Numbered from the stretch's first letter, positions 49,466-60,400 are shown. The stretch: DNA of 64,000 bases from Amoebophrya sp. A120 (GCA_905178155.1 CAJINV010000006.1:1427876-1491875), one strand, 5' to 3'. Notes: generated by a model from the sequence alone, not told the origin. Made by a program: numbers and translations.

Positions 49466-52400
49466 ATGGCCCCAGCGACCTCCTCCTCCGCAGCCGCACC
49501 CCCCGTCGCCATGGACGTCGACGGCGAGGGTGAAACCAAAACGCCTGAAGAAAAAGTGGTCGAGGAGGTATTCTACCCAAAATTTGAAATCGCGCAATTA
49601 CGAGCGAGGTACCTCCGGGACCGGTCACCCGCAGTTCTGGCGGAATTGATGAAATACGTGAAGGAGGAGAGGATGCTGCCGTTCTACAAAAAGTTTTGTG
49701 AGGAGGCAAATGTAAAAATCGAGGACAAATTGGTCAAGGAAATGGAGAAAGAAGTGGAGGAGAAGGTACATATTAATTTAGCTGAATTGTGCTATTCTAT
49801 CTGTGAAACAGCGCTGATGTTGTAGTCGCTCCGGCAATTATTTTTGCAGCACCATGGGTTGTCATGCACAAAAGGGTTCGACTTCGTCTTCGATCATAAT
49901 GCCATAGGAGAAATAAGGATGGACGATGTCAGTAAAATGAAATCGCGAGGACTTTGTCATGCCAATAGAAGCTGCAGCACGGGCAGCGCGATCGGTCATG
50001 CGTTCTTGCAAGCATACAGGACAAGTTGATATTAAAATGAATTCTATAATCAGGTGAAAGCCTTCGACGAGAAGCTAAAAGACGCTGAAGAAAACCTTGG
50101 TGACGTGGAGGTAAAATCCGCAATACTCGACAAAGCGGACTATTTCAACAAAACTGGCGACCAGGAGAAGGCGTTCGAATTTTACGAGAAAGCCATGACA
50201 AAAACCGTGGGGGGTGGGTACCGGCTGGATAACATACTAACGAGGTTACGAATCGCATTGTTCAACGACGACCAAGAACAGATCAAGAAAATGCTAGCAT
50301 TGGGACAGGAAGAAATGAAGAAGGGTATTGTTTTATCGCTTTTTTGACAACAGCTTTAACTTGCGTTGCATCTGCTACTTTTGTATCTGACGATGATGGA
50401 AAAATATAAATGACACGTCGACCTGCTACTTGTGATGCCGCAAAAACCACCTACCATGATCATGTGTACAAGTAAGTTAGTATCGTGTTGCTGTGCAGCC
50501 ATAGACCACCTAGCTCCATCTTCAAAACTATCAATGATCAGGGGGCGACTGGGAGCGAAAAAACAAGCTGAAAGTGTATGAGGGCGTCTTCAAGGTTATG
50601 ACCGGCGACTTCGAAGCTGCGGCAAATTTGTTTCTCGCCGGCGTTGCAACTTTCACCGCGACAGAGATATTGAGCTTCCAGGACTTCGTACTACTTTTTG
50701 TGCAAGACTTTGAACTCGTTTCTGTTTCTGTTTCAACCACTCTCTTGGTGTTTTGTCATGATGCAAAAATTAAAATAGATTCAATTTCGAAAGGTGTTTC
50801 TGTTAGGGTGCTATTTATTGGCTCATGCAATAGTAGTACAAGCAGTTGTAAAGAAACTAAAGTAAAAAGACCAAAATTGCAGGTTTTCTACACGGTCCTG
50901 TGCTCCCTTATCGGCCTCTATCCAAGAAAAAAACATTGTAGGTGTACCTTTTTTGGAGGAACAGCATTACAAATTTGTCTGGCATGACAGCAAAAACCTG
51001 TCATGCGCAGATTGTACGTGAAAACGCCCTTTAATGGACCCTGCGATGCATGCCAAGCATGACAGACGCAATCACCTTGCATGTTGAGCATTACAAATGT
51101 ACACTAACAACGTTTTTTTTCTTGGATAGCCTCACCCGGGCGGATTTGAAAAAGAAGGTTATCGGGTATGACCCGCTCAGGTGTTACAATCTCAAACGTT
51201 GCAAGAGAAAATGGAAATCTGTGATGCGAGAGTGCATGATCTAGCCAGCTCTCATAGAAGGATTGCGCACGACAAGTTCCGGAGCCCCAAACAGGACTAC
51301 ATCCTGGCGAAATTTGTATTGCAAAAGGTGGAATGCTGTGCGAGTCTGTCATGCTCATCATGCAACACAAATTCCAGACTCTGTATGTAACGTTTGAGAA
51401 TGTAACGCTTGAGCAAGTCACATCGGGAGCCCCGAGATTTTGTCCGTCGTACACGAAAGGAAGCACATGAAGGAGTTTCTAAACGCGTTTTACAACTGCG
51501 ACTATTTCAACTGGTCACGGGAACTAGTGCACATCATCGACCACGTAAAGGACGACCGATATTTCTATGAGAGTGCACAACTCCCCCTCCCCCTCCTTTG
51601 TATGGCATGAACAGCAATACAAACACCACCACACGTGGAGCCTGTGCATGGCAAACGTATGTACCTCATGTAGTAGAAGTACTGCTTGGGCTTTCCTTCC
51701 GGAATCTGTCATGCAAACAGTGCCACAAGGCAGTACTGGATTTGCGGTTTTGCATGGCAAATGAGAGGGAGGAGGAGTTGCGCACTCTCATAATGTCCAG
51801 CCAAATTTGATGAAAATCAGCCGGCACTTGAGGTACAATAGCAGGATCTCCTCTAGGACTTGTGTTCCAATGCAATGCATGACACATAAGGGCTAGGGCC
51901 ACGAGAAGTTATTTCAGTGCAGCAATTCGGCATAAGACGAGGTTTAGAAATTCTCGATAGAAGACGAAATCTGTCATGCAATATACTACTCAAGCTCAAG
52001 CAAAAAGAAAAACTACCTCGAAAGCATTCACAACTTCACACATTCTATCCAGGTTAAACGCGTACCGGCAGTTCATCACGTCCTACAAGTCCGTCACCAT
52101 GAAATTGATGGCCGATACTTTGTATCAAATGCAAATATCGATCTGGGTCTGCTGGAAGAATGCCGGAGTTTGTGATGCAGATTTTGCATGTCCCATGATG
52201 CTTGTGATGCATGCCGTAGCATCACAGACTCTGCGACAACTTTCTGATTCTGATGGCCCAACCGCATGAGAACTGCCCTCTCCGCGTAGCAACACACTGG
52301 ACCTCTTTTGCTGTTCATGCAATACAGATTGCATCCTCCCAGACCCAGATCGATATTTGCAGTGCATACTTTCGGCGTTTCCGAGCAGTTTATCGACAAA

Positions 52401-52845
52401 GAGATCTACACGTTCATCTCGCAGGGCCGGCTGAAGAACTGCAAAATCGACAAGATCGCCAACGTGATCGAGACAATAGACAACGTGAAGGACGAGAAAA
52501 CGCTGTTGTACAAGGACATTTTGAAGGACGGAGACGTATCAAATGCAAAAATGTCTGGGTCTGGAAGAATGCAACTTGTAATGCGTATTTCAGAGCACAG
52601 AAAAGTCTCTCATGCATACGTAGCAAAAGCTCCCCACTTTCTGTCAGCAAAATAGGCGACTTGTCATGCGGATTCGGCATTGGGGAAGCTTCTCGCAACC
52701 TGTGATGCTAGAGCTTCCATGCCAGACCTTCTGTGTCATGCAAAAACAGCATGACTCTTTCACTTTCAGACCCAGACACTTTTACATTTGATAAGACGAG
52801 TTGCTGAACAAGATGCAGAAACTCGCCGCCGCGATCGACCGATAG
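49466..52845 (+). CDS. RPN7: 26S proteasome regulatory subunit RPN7/PSMD6, ~412 aa; 4 GT-AG introns (49766-50053, 50325-50541, 50688-50882, 51833-52052) + 5 introners
   Basis: Motifs DAEENLGDVEV, GGDWERKNKLKVYEG, TFTATE, RADLKKKVIGSPEIL, YRQFITSYKSVT, TFGVSEQFID, GRLKNCKIDK and DGDELLNKMQKL. Confidence 0.95.
50919..51128. mobile_element. Introner family F-like in RPN7
   Basis: TIR tatccaagaaaaaaac; TSD gcctc. Confidence 0.93.
51167..51422. mobile_element. Introner family I-like in RPN7 (ends ACA)
   Basis: TSD tcggg; restores VIG|SPEIL. Confidence 0.92.
51566..51792. mobile_element. Introner family C in RPN7 (inverted relative to 12482/13312)
   Basis: TSD atttc/atgtc. Confidence 0.93.
52123..52368. 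mobile_element. Introner family A in RPN7
   Basis: TSD ctttg/ctttc; restores ADTF|GVS. Confidence 0.93.
52537..52793. mobile_element. Introner family A in RPN7
   Basis: TSD agacg; restores DGD|ELLN. Confidence 0.95.
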
Positions 52846-53952
52846 TGAATTTGATGATGTCTTGCTCTTGCGCTTGAAATAAAGTCGAAGAAATTTTTAG
52901 TAGTGGTGGTGCTGGTGGTCCTTCTCCTCGCGCCGGTTGGGAAATCGCTGGCTGTACAAATTACAGCAGGAGGGCCACTCCTGCTCCTCTACTTCTACTT
53001 CAATTTCATCGCCATCATCTTCAGCGTACATCAAGGAGAAGTACACGGTTTTCTACACAAGAACTCTGTTTATTGGTCGAGAAACAATTGAACGTCGAGA
53101 CGAGGTTCACACGACGACCCATCTGGACCGGAAATCTCTATCCCTCAGGGGAAACTCAGATTTTTTCAAAAAACAATCCAAAAAATCTCCGCTCTCGTCA
53201 GTAGAAGTCGCGAACGGCTTGCTGGCCGAGAAAGGGACTCCCCAGGAAGTGCTAGCCTGCAGCGCTGGAGGTAGTTCAGGTGGTCGTGTTTGTATCAACT
53301 CAGAAGTGGAACTACTACATGCGTGAATGTTCATTGGTAGGAAGATCCTGCTGTGTCGCTCCTTGTACTACTAATACTATACGAGTTCTTGTGCATTGAA
53401 AATAACAAAAAGCGGTCCTCGAGAAGATCTTTCAACAGTTGCATGCAAAATGTTGTGTAGTCCGGGAGGACGATCCGTGCAGATAGTACAAATTCGCAGT
53501 GAGGACGAGACAGACGCAGTTTCACAGAGATGTGATTTCTTCTGGATCTCAATATTACCTGCCACGCTCGACTTTTTCTGATCCTGATACACCGATTTGA
53601 AGTTTTTTTCCAGCTGCAAATTCAAATTTGTGTTTGATGTCCTGCTCCAAGCAAATAAGTCCGCAGATTACGTAGAGAAACTACAATACATGACCTTTTT
53701 AACCAGCGCCACTATAAGCGGAATACATATGAGATGAATAACAAAAAGTATGGATCAAAAGTGAAACAACAGTGGCGTGAGCCGAAAGCGAATAAAAGTC
53801 TTGATGTCATAGCCTGATGTTGTAATATCGGATGTTTCACCAATTTATTTGCGCAACCCGTCTCTAAACTTTGATTGTCAAGTAAACTTAAGAAACCTTC
53901 ACTCAACCTCCACGCCAACGACCTTCAAACACGACAAGAACAATTTACGCAA

Positions 53953-54285
53953 ATGTCGACCACCTACTATCCCGCCGGGACCTACCAGGGCCACCGGCCG
54001 GGTTACGTTTTTAAACTCGGCGACCAGGGGCAGGGCTACTACCAGGATCTCGGCACAGCGGCGGCCGTAGCGGCGTTTTTTGGGCAGCAGCAGAACGGCG
54101 GGGCGGGCAGCAATATTCCAACGGAAAGGCCAAAACCGGTGTACAACAAATTCGCGAACGATGGGAGTTACTACGCAAAAATAACGGCAATGCTGCAGAA
54201 GAAAGCCCGGATTGAGAAGGCAGAGAAAGAAAAGATGGCAGGTATAGTCGTATTTAACAATGGCGATTCTGACAGACAGCACTAG
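53953..54285 (+). CDS. Hypothetical protein, first exon (probable GT donor at 54242)
   Basis: Starts MSTTYY; contains GHRPGYVFKLGDQGQGYYQD and NKFANDGSY. 3' structure unresolved. Confidence 0.5.
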   Translation: MSTTYYPAGTYQGHRPGYVFKLGDQGQGYYQDLGTAAAVAAFFGQQQNGGAGSNIPTERPKPVYNKFANDGSYYAKITAMLQKKARIEKAEKEKMAGIVVFNNGDSDRQH

Positions 54286-55693
54286 ATACTGCTGCTTTTT
54301 CTAGTACTTGTCATGCGAAATTAACGCGCGCAGTGTAGTGTGATACGGCCTAGGACTTAGCTAGAAGTCGCGCAGAAGAACATACCCGTGGTATCCGAAA
54401 CTCCTCAAAAAATCTGTGTTGCAATAAGTCCTGATAAACTTCTAAACAGCAAACGGCACCCTGGGTGGTGGCAGTGGTCAGCAGCCACCCGCCGACATGG
54501 AAGTAGACGATCCAGTAAAAGAAAGGGAGAGGCAACAATTTTTGGCGGATATGGCTGCAGCCGGGCAGAAGATGCAGGCGGGACACTGATAGAGTTGTCA
54601 ACATCTTCACTACAGAAGTATTTGGCTCCACTCCGTGCTACTCTGAGCGTCCGATTCTCGCTGATCATCAGGTGATTGATTCATGCTGGCACAGAAGGTG
54701 GATCTTCATCTTCATGGGAACAAAGAGGCAACGTTGATTAGCGTCTAGCTACAAGTAGTTCAAAGAAGACGATGGAAAACAAAAAGACTTCGTACGAGGA
54801 CTTCTAGCGGACTAACTTCTATGTCAACTCATTTATACTTGTTTTTTTTGTTCAACTTCTTTCTTGTCTCGGTGGCTTACTACCCTGCATCGGTAACTCC
54901 GAGGAAAATCGGTACGCGTGGGTGGGCCAGAGGTGTAGTGAATGCGAATCAACAAAGTATTGTGTGGATTCTGTCTAAAGGTAAAGATGGTCATCGTGAA
55001 GATCGTGAAGATGGCACAAGACCTAGAATAAAAATATAACAAAATGGCACTTCGTGCTCGAGCTACTAGTTGCCCACCGTGAACAAAGAAGATCCCGTTT
55101 ACCTACAAATTCGGTCAAGAAATCTCGATCTCAGAAAGTCCAGAAAAAAAAAAGTTATTCGACCCCGCATCGTATTACAGTTGTGAAAAGCAAATCTACA
55201 TCGTAAAATCCGGCTTCGGAAGTGCTGGCAAACGATTCTTCGGTTGGATCCATTGTAAGATGTTGAGAGGGCTGCTCGGAAGATGAGGGCGTCTCCGTAA
55301 CTAACCAAACACCTGATCATCCTCGGAAAATTTCCGACCTCTGAGTGCGACTGGAGTTTCGGTTCTTTTTGCAACACAGAGATCATTTCATGCAATTCAA
55401 CAACTGTGATTTTTATGCTTCCTCCATACACATCAGGCCCCTGATTATTCTATTCACGCAATAGTCAACATCAAGTCTTGAGACCATCTCTAGTACAAAG
55501 CTTGAACTTGTTATCCGCAACAGCAACCATCAAAAAGCAACAACTCACAAAGAAAGCCTGCTCAGCGCATAATAATCGCATTCTGATCTCGCACACTAAT
55601 CGCCTTCTGATCTGGTTTTAGATCCGAGACTAGGTTTGATTCATTTTTTTGATAAGAATTTCTCGGTCCTGCTCCCGCCCTGTCCAAATAAAA

Positions 55694-56062
55694 ATGAAGG
55701 TGCTCTTCACTCTTGGTGCCAATACCGCAGCGCTGGTACTATTGGCCTCCTTGTCCTTGTTTTCCGAGAACATTTTTGCGGTCAATGCCGTGAAGGTGGA
55801 TGGCCGTCGTGGCCAAGAGAGTAATCATCTTGCGGCGACGGGACTTGCGATGCACCCTCGTCCGTTCGAGTTCGCCGGAGGACCCGCTGATGCGAGTCGT
55901 GTTCACGCAGAGTGCGTGGAAGGCTGCTTGGCATTCCTACAACATAGCAAGAAGAAGGCAGCCCGGGGAACAGCCAGTGCGAAAGCAGAAGCAGGGAAGG
56001 AACGGCTTTCGCGTCCGCAGTTGCAGTTGGAGGCCCAACAAGGATTGACCAGCCACAACTAG
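55694..56062 (+). CDS. Small putative secreted protein, ~122 aa
   Basis: ATG ORF with signal-peptide-like N-terminus MKVLFTLGANTAALVLLASLSLFS. Confidence 0.5.
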   Translation: MKVLFTLGANTAALVLLASLSLFSENIFAVNAVKVDGRRGQESNHLAATGLAMHPRPFEFAGGPADASRVHAECVEGCLAFLQHSKKKAARGTASAKAEAGKERLSRPQLQLEAQQGLTSHN

Positions 56063-57482
56063 TGCCCCGGATGAAATAAACGTCCTCAATAGTGAACAGA
56101 AACACAGTGCAGTCGGGCATGATGTTTCTTCGAACCTGGCTGTCCTTCGATACTCCGAGCAGCTTGATTCGGCAGAGTATAGTAAAACGCTGTGGCCGGT
56201 GGAAAAACAGAAAATTGTACGATGGAGGGCTCCAAGACTGGACGAGCCGGCGTTTGTGAGTTACTAGCCTTAAAGAAGTTTAAACCCTTTTGGGTTTTTT
56301 TTTGAAATGTACTGTATGAACTCTACCAAGAACAGCAGGAGCGTACGGCAGAAAAGCCAAAAAGTAGCAAGACGAAGCATATTTGCTTTAACGCTCACTG
56401 CAAAATTTTTTGCTTCCGCCCCCATAATTTCTTCTCAAAGTGCTGAGATTGTGAGTGACTCTGTATGATTAAAGGGCATTATAGTATTCTACGTAGATGT
56501 CCATTCTTGAGGAACATCAACACGGAATACGAATAAAGACCACATCTACATGTAAACACAAGTACTCAAACACTCAACCCCAAGATCCTGGATTTGTTCC
56601 ACTTGTGCTGGAGATCCTGGATTTGTTCCAGTACCCTCAAATACAACGGAACACCAGCTGGCTACGATCACAACAACTCTTGTTTGGAAACTTCTTCAAA
56701 CAATCGCAAAAACCGATATTTTGAAGCAAAACGTAACGTAGCATCACACCAGATTGTCTTATGTACGGAGGACCAATCGCGGAGCCTCTCGCACCGAGCA
56801 GGCTCTGGTTTTGGTGCTTGTGTTTTCATCTGCTGAAGATATAACGGTGTAGTACTTTAAGGTGTTCAAGTTTATCGAATTCGGCTTTGCCCAGGAGCGC
56901 AGAAACGGTAGTTCTTGAGCGCGTTCTTTCATTGATCGCGCTGTCGGTTCCGTTAGCGGTTGTATGAAATGGAAATCATTGTATTAATACGGCATTAGAG
57001 AAATTTTGCGAAGCTTTGTTCGTCTTGTTCTTTTCTTTCTACCGACCACGGCTGTTCGAAAAATCGGCTAATGTTCCGGAGCTGCCAAACCGAACAAGAA
57101 CGACCAGTGCTGATTTCGAGTACTTTGGGCTGGACAATGAAGCTGCACGAGGAACAAGGACACGGCCGAAAATTTTTGCGGTTAATACTTTGACCGGCTG
57201 GAGCTGCTGAAAAGAACGAGCACCCCGCACGAAGAGCGACGAAGATGATGTGGACCCCGCCTCTATCGTACGGAAAACAAGATGAAACTGTGTAAAGTGC
57301 CTGGATTTTTCGGAATCACAGCACGACAGTTGACGCTGCAGATGCACTCTGTATGTATGTTTACAAAAAAATAACCCTGTCTGCAAGGGCTTGCATGAGA
57401 AGAATTGATTATATGCAATGGACTGTGGCACTCACACAGCTTTTATTTCTTTTTTCGGGCACAGCTTCCACCCCCGCCACCA

Positions 57483-60400
57483 ATGGACCACGACAGCATC
57501 AACCTGCAGCAGTACAACCACAAAGGGAAAGGGATTTCGATTTCCGGAGCTGGCGCGGAGCCAAGTATGAGCAGTTGCAACAGGGGCGAGCATAAGTATA
57601 GCAAGTCCACCAAGTCACCAAAAGGACAACGGCACGGGACCAGACGCACGGGGACCGGCGTGTTCTTGGGCAACATCTTAAATCTTCGCTTCTGCAGCTG
57701 GCCGTCCTGTTGCTCGTGGTCTCTAGCAGCGGTAGTGCGACAGCAGTACAAGAAGATAAAACGCGGCTGTTGCAGCCGCGGTCAGCTGCCGCCTCGTCGA
57801 AAGTCATGCATTCCTTCTTCTTCAAATTGCGGTAGAATTGTGGTAAGAATACTCTGTGGGCCGAAGTCTATCTGGAATGTTGCTCTCTTGGCGGTGTTCC
57901 TGTGGCTACTTACCGCTGTCTTGTTGTACGTGGCGGTCGTGGGTGCGGGTGGGTGGTTCTTTTCGCCAAGTGGAAAAAACTACACCGATGTTGAGGATAT
58001 AGTGGTCCGGAATAGAATTCTACTTCTAGGTAACCTCAGCTGCACGCTGGTACTGCAACTGTGCCTTACATCCCTCGTCACGCGGTTCATAAGCGAGCTG
58101 GAAAAAAGCGGGTGTTTCGGAAATGGTAGAGGGAAAATAAATCGAACTGAAGAAGAAGAAGACCATCGGAAAACAAGGAACAAAAGGAAAAGAAGGAGAA
58201 GCCAAGAAACAATAAATCGCGCTGCCTACAACCGGGTTGTGACCCGGATTTTCCAGAAGCACTACTTCAAACGGCACAGAGCATTACTGTACAAAGGTAC
58301 TGGGAGTTCTTCTTGTCATGCGGAAATACAAGTACAACCCCTTGATGCAGCGCCGGCACCAGTTTCTGGTACACACTCAACATCTTCCGAAACGGCAGCA
58401 GCGCCATCTAGTACAGCAGCTCCTGGGCGTCGCACCAGCACTACTTATCTTCCGTCGATGGATTTCCTGTCCGAAAACCTCGTCCGGGCAACCGTAGACG
58501 AGTTTTACGAAAGAGACCAGAAAAGGGTAGAATTTTTGGAACGCCACCTGTCCCCGGCGCTGACGGTTGTCAGTGTCGTGTTTCTGTTTCTCGCCGCTGT
58601 TTTCGGGGTTGCCAGTTGGTGGTTGTTGGGAACAACTTTCTTTGATGCAGGACGAGGAGATTCTGACCTCTTACAAGAAGTATCGTCGGAGGAGGTGAAC
58701 GACGGGCAGCACGAGGCAATGGAAAGCAACGGGGAACTATCAAAGCAAAATGAAGCCTACAACAGAAGTGCCCAGTTTCTTCTTTTCCACCTACTTCCAG
58801 CCCAGCTCCTGCTTTTCCTGACCACAACACTTTTCCCCATACTAGCCTTCGTCACGTTTTTCATTTTGAAGAAGCTCTTGGTCGATACAATTCTAAAGCG
58901 CAGTATTTTCAAATATCCTGTGCAAAAGTATCGTACTCGTAGTAATCGCAGTCACGCATGACAAATCTCCATCTCAAGGCCAAACAGCATGACAGATCTC
59001 ATTTGTCATGCTGAGCTAATTTGTAATGCAATTTACTGCTAGTACGATACTTTTGCAATGCATATCAAATCCCGGATGGCGAAAGTCGACGCGTTCCGGC
59101 TGGCAGAGGACATTGAGAGCCAATTCGTGGATGGAAATCCGTTGAGCGTAAACTTGAACGGACCAGCTGGAGGAGGACCTCCGCGAGCTGGGGAGCATAT
59201 TCGTTGTGGAGAGCAGGGATTACAAAACGTATCCGCAACTTGTTCCGCCGGCACTGTGGAAAGCCTATTGCGGGACCTGTTGGTGTCCGAAGCGCTAATT
59301 TTCGGAACTCGAGCTACTAGTAGTTGCGCAAATAAGGGAAATTATTTGGGGATTCGTCGTGACAGCATCAACCCATTCTTTTCCTGCTACTTGCCGGGAA
59401 TCGCGGCGGCTGCACTGGTGGTGGTGTTTATGACTAGTCTTTGTGCCGCCGCAGTGACCTTCTCGTGCTTTTCCTGTAGTACTTCTCGGGGAAACAGCAT
59501 GACAATTCGCTCCGTGGGCCCTAGCAGTAGCAGCTCGGCGGTACTGCTTGCGTGGACGGTAGCATCTGGGTTTCTTCTCTGCCTTTTGTTCTGGCGCACG
59601 TACTCCGAGAGGGGCAGCTCCTGTAGGAAGATGAAAAACAGCACACAAGAACGACAGCTTCTACAGCAGGAAGATCAACAGAGCTGCAGGCACAGGAGAG
59701 GCAGAAGGAAAACAAAAACTGCGGGAATTATGAACAAAGATTGCTCATCCGCCAGTCGAGACCGACGAAGTCACAACAACCACGCGAGGAGAAGGAAAAA
59801 AGCTGTACCGAGGACCAGCACACCTGAAGTAGATTTGATCACCTCCGACCTGCCGCTCCTCCGGGATTTCAAGCAGACTTTTCACGACTCAACCCTGTTC
59901 TATGGTGAGCAAAAACGTCCCCACACCAGAGTCAAATTGGAAAATCCGCTAGACAAATCACCCGGCTCTGGCTGTTGTGCATGACATGTTTCCCTCTGCA
60001 GTGTAGTACTGGTTAGCAAGGGAATCTGCGTGAGAAAGCCATTCTCTCATCCTGTTTATAGCATTACAAATTCCAAAAAACGATTGGAAAAGCCTCTTAT
60101 GGAGCTGCGCATTACTTCAAACGTCCCTGTCATTGCACATTTGCACGGCAACCCTGGGGTGGGGATGTTTTTACACAGAATATGTTCCGCGCGGTCGTTC
60201 TTTTCTTCGCGACGCCGATCATTTTCCTTATCGTTCTTCCGGTTTCGTTCTTCGCGAAAAGAATGGAAGTGTGGAGGGGCTATTGTTCTTATTTCTGGCG
60301 CGGAGATGATTTTTATGGACGCAGCGGGCCGCGCCGTGAGAAGTTGTTGTACCCCAGCGGGGATAAGAAGAATATTGGCAAAAACGTCTTGCTGAAGGCG

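Noticed and set aside
4915-52793. Recurrent peptides such as IKCKNVWVWK, LPDPDIFAFD, QKYRTRSN and YEYDTFA as a protein domain family
   Set aside because: They are translations of family A and B TIRs read through from exons.
3216-60182. Ciliate-type IESs (DNA elimination) as the explanation for the elements
   Set aside because: Not favoured: the genes use the standard genetic code, TSDs are 5 bp with long TIRs, and the pattern matches known RNA-level introners. It cannot be formally excluded without reads.
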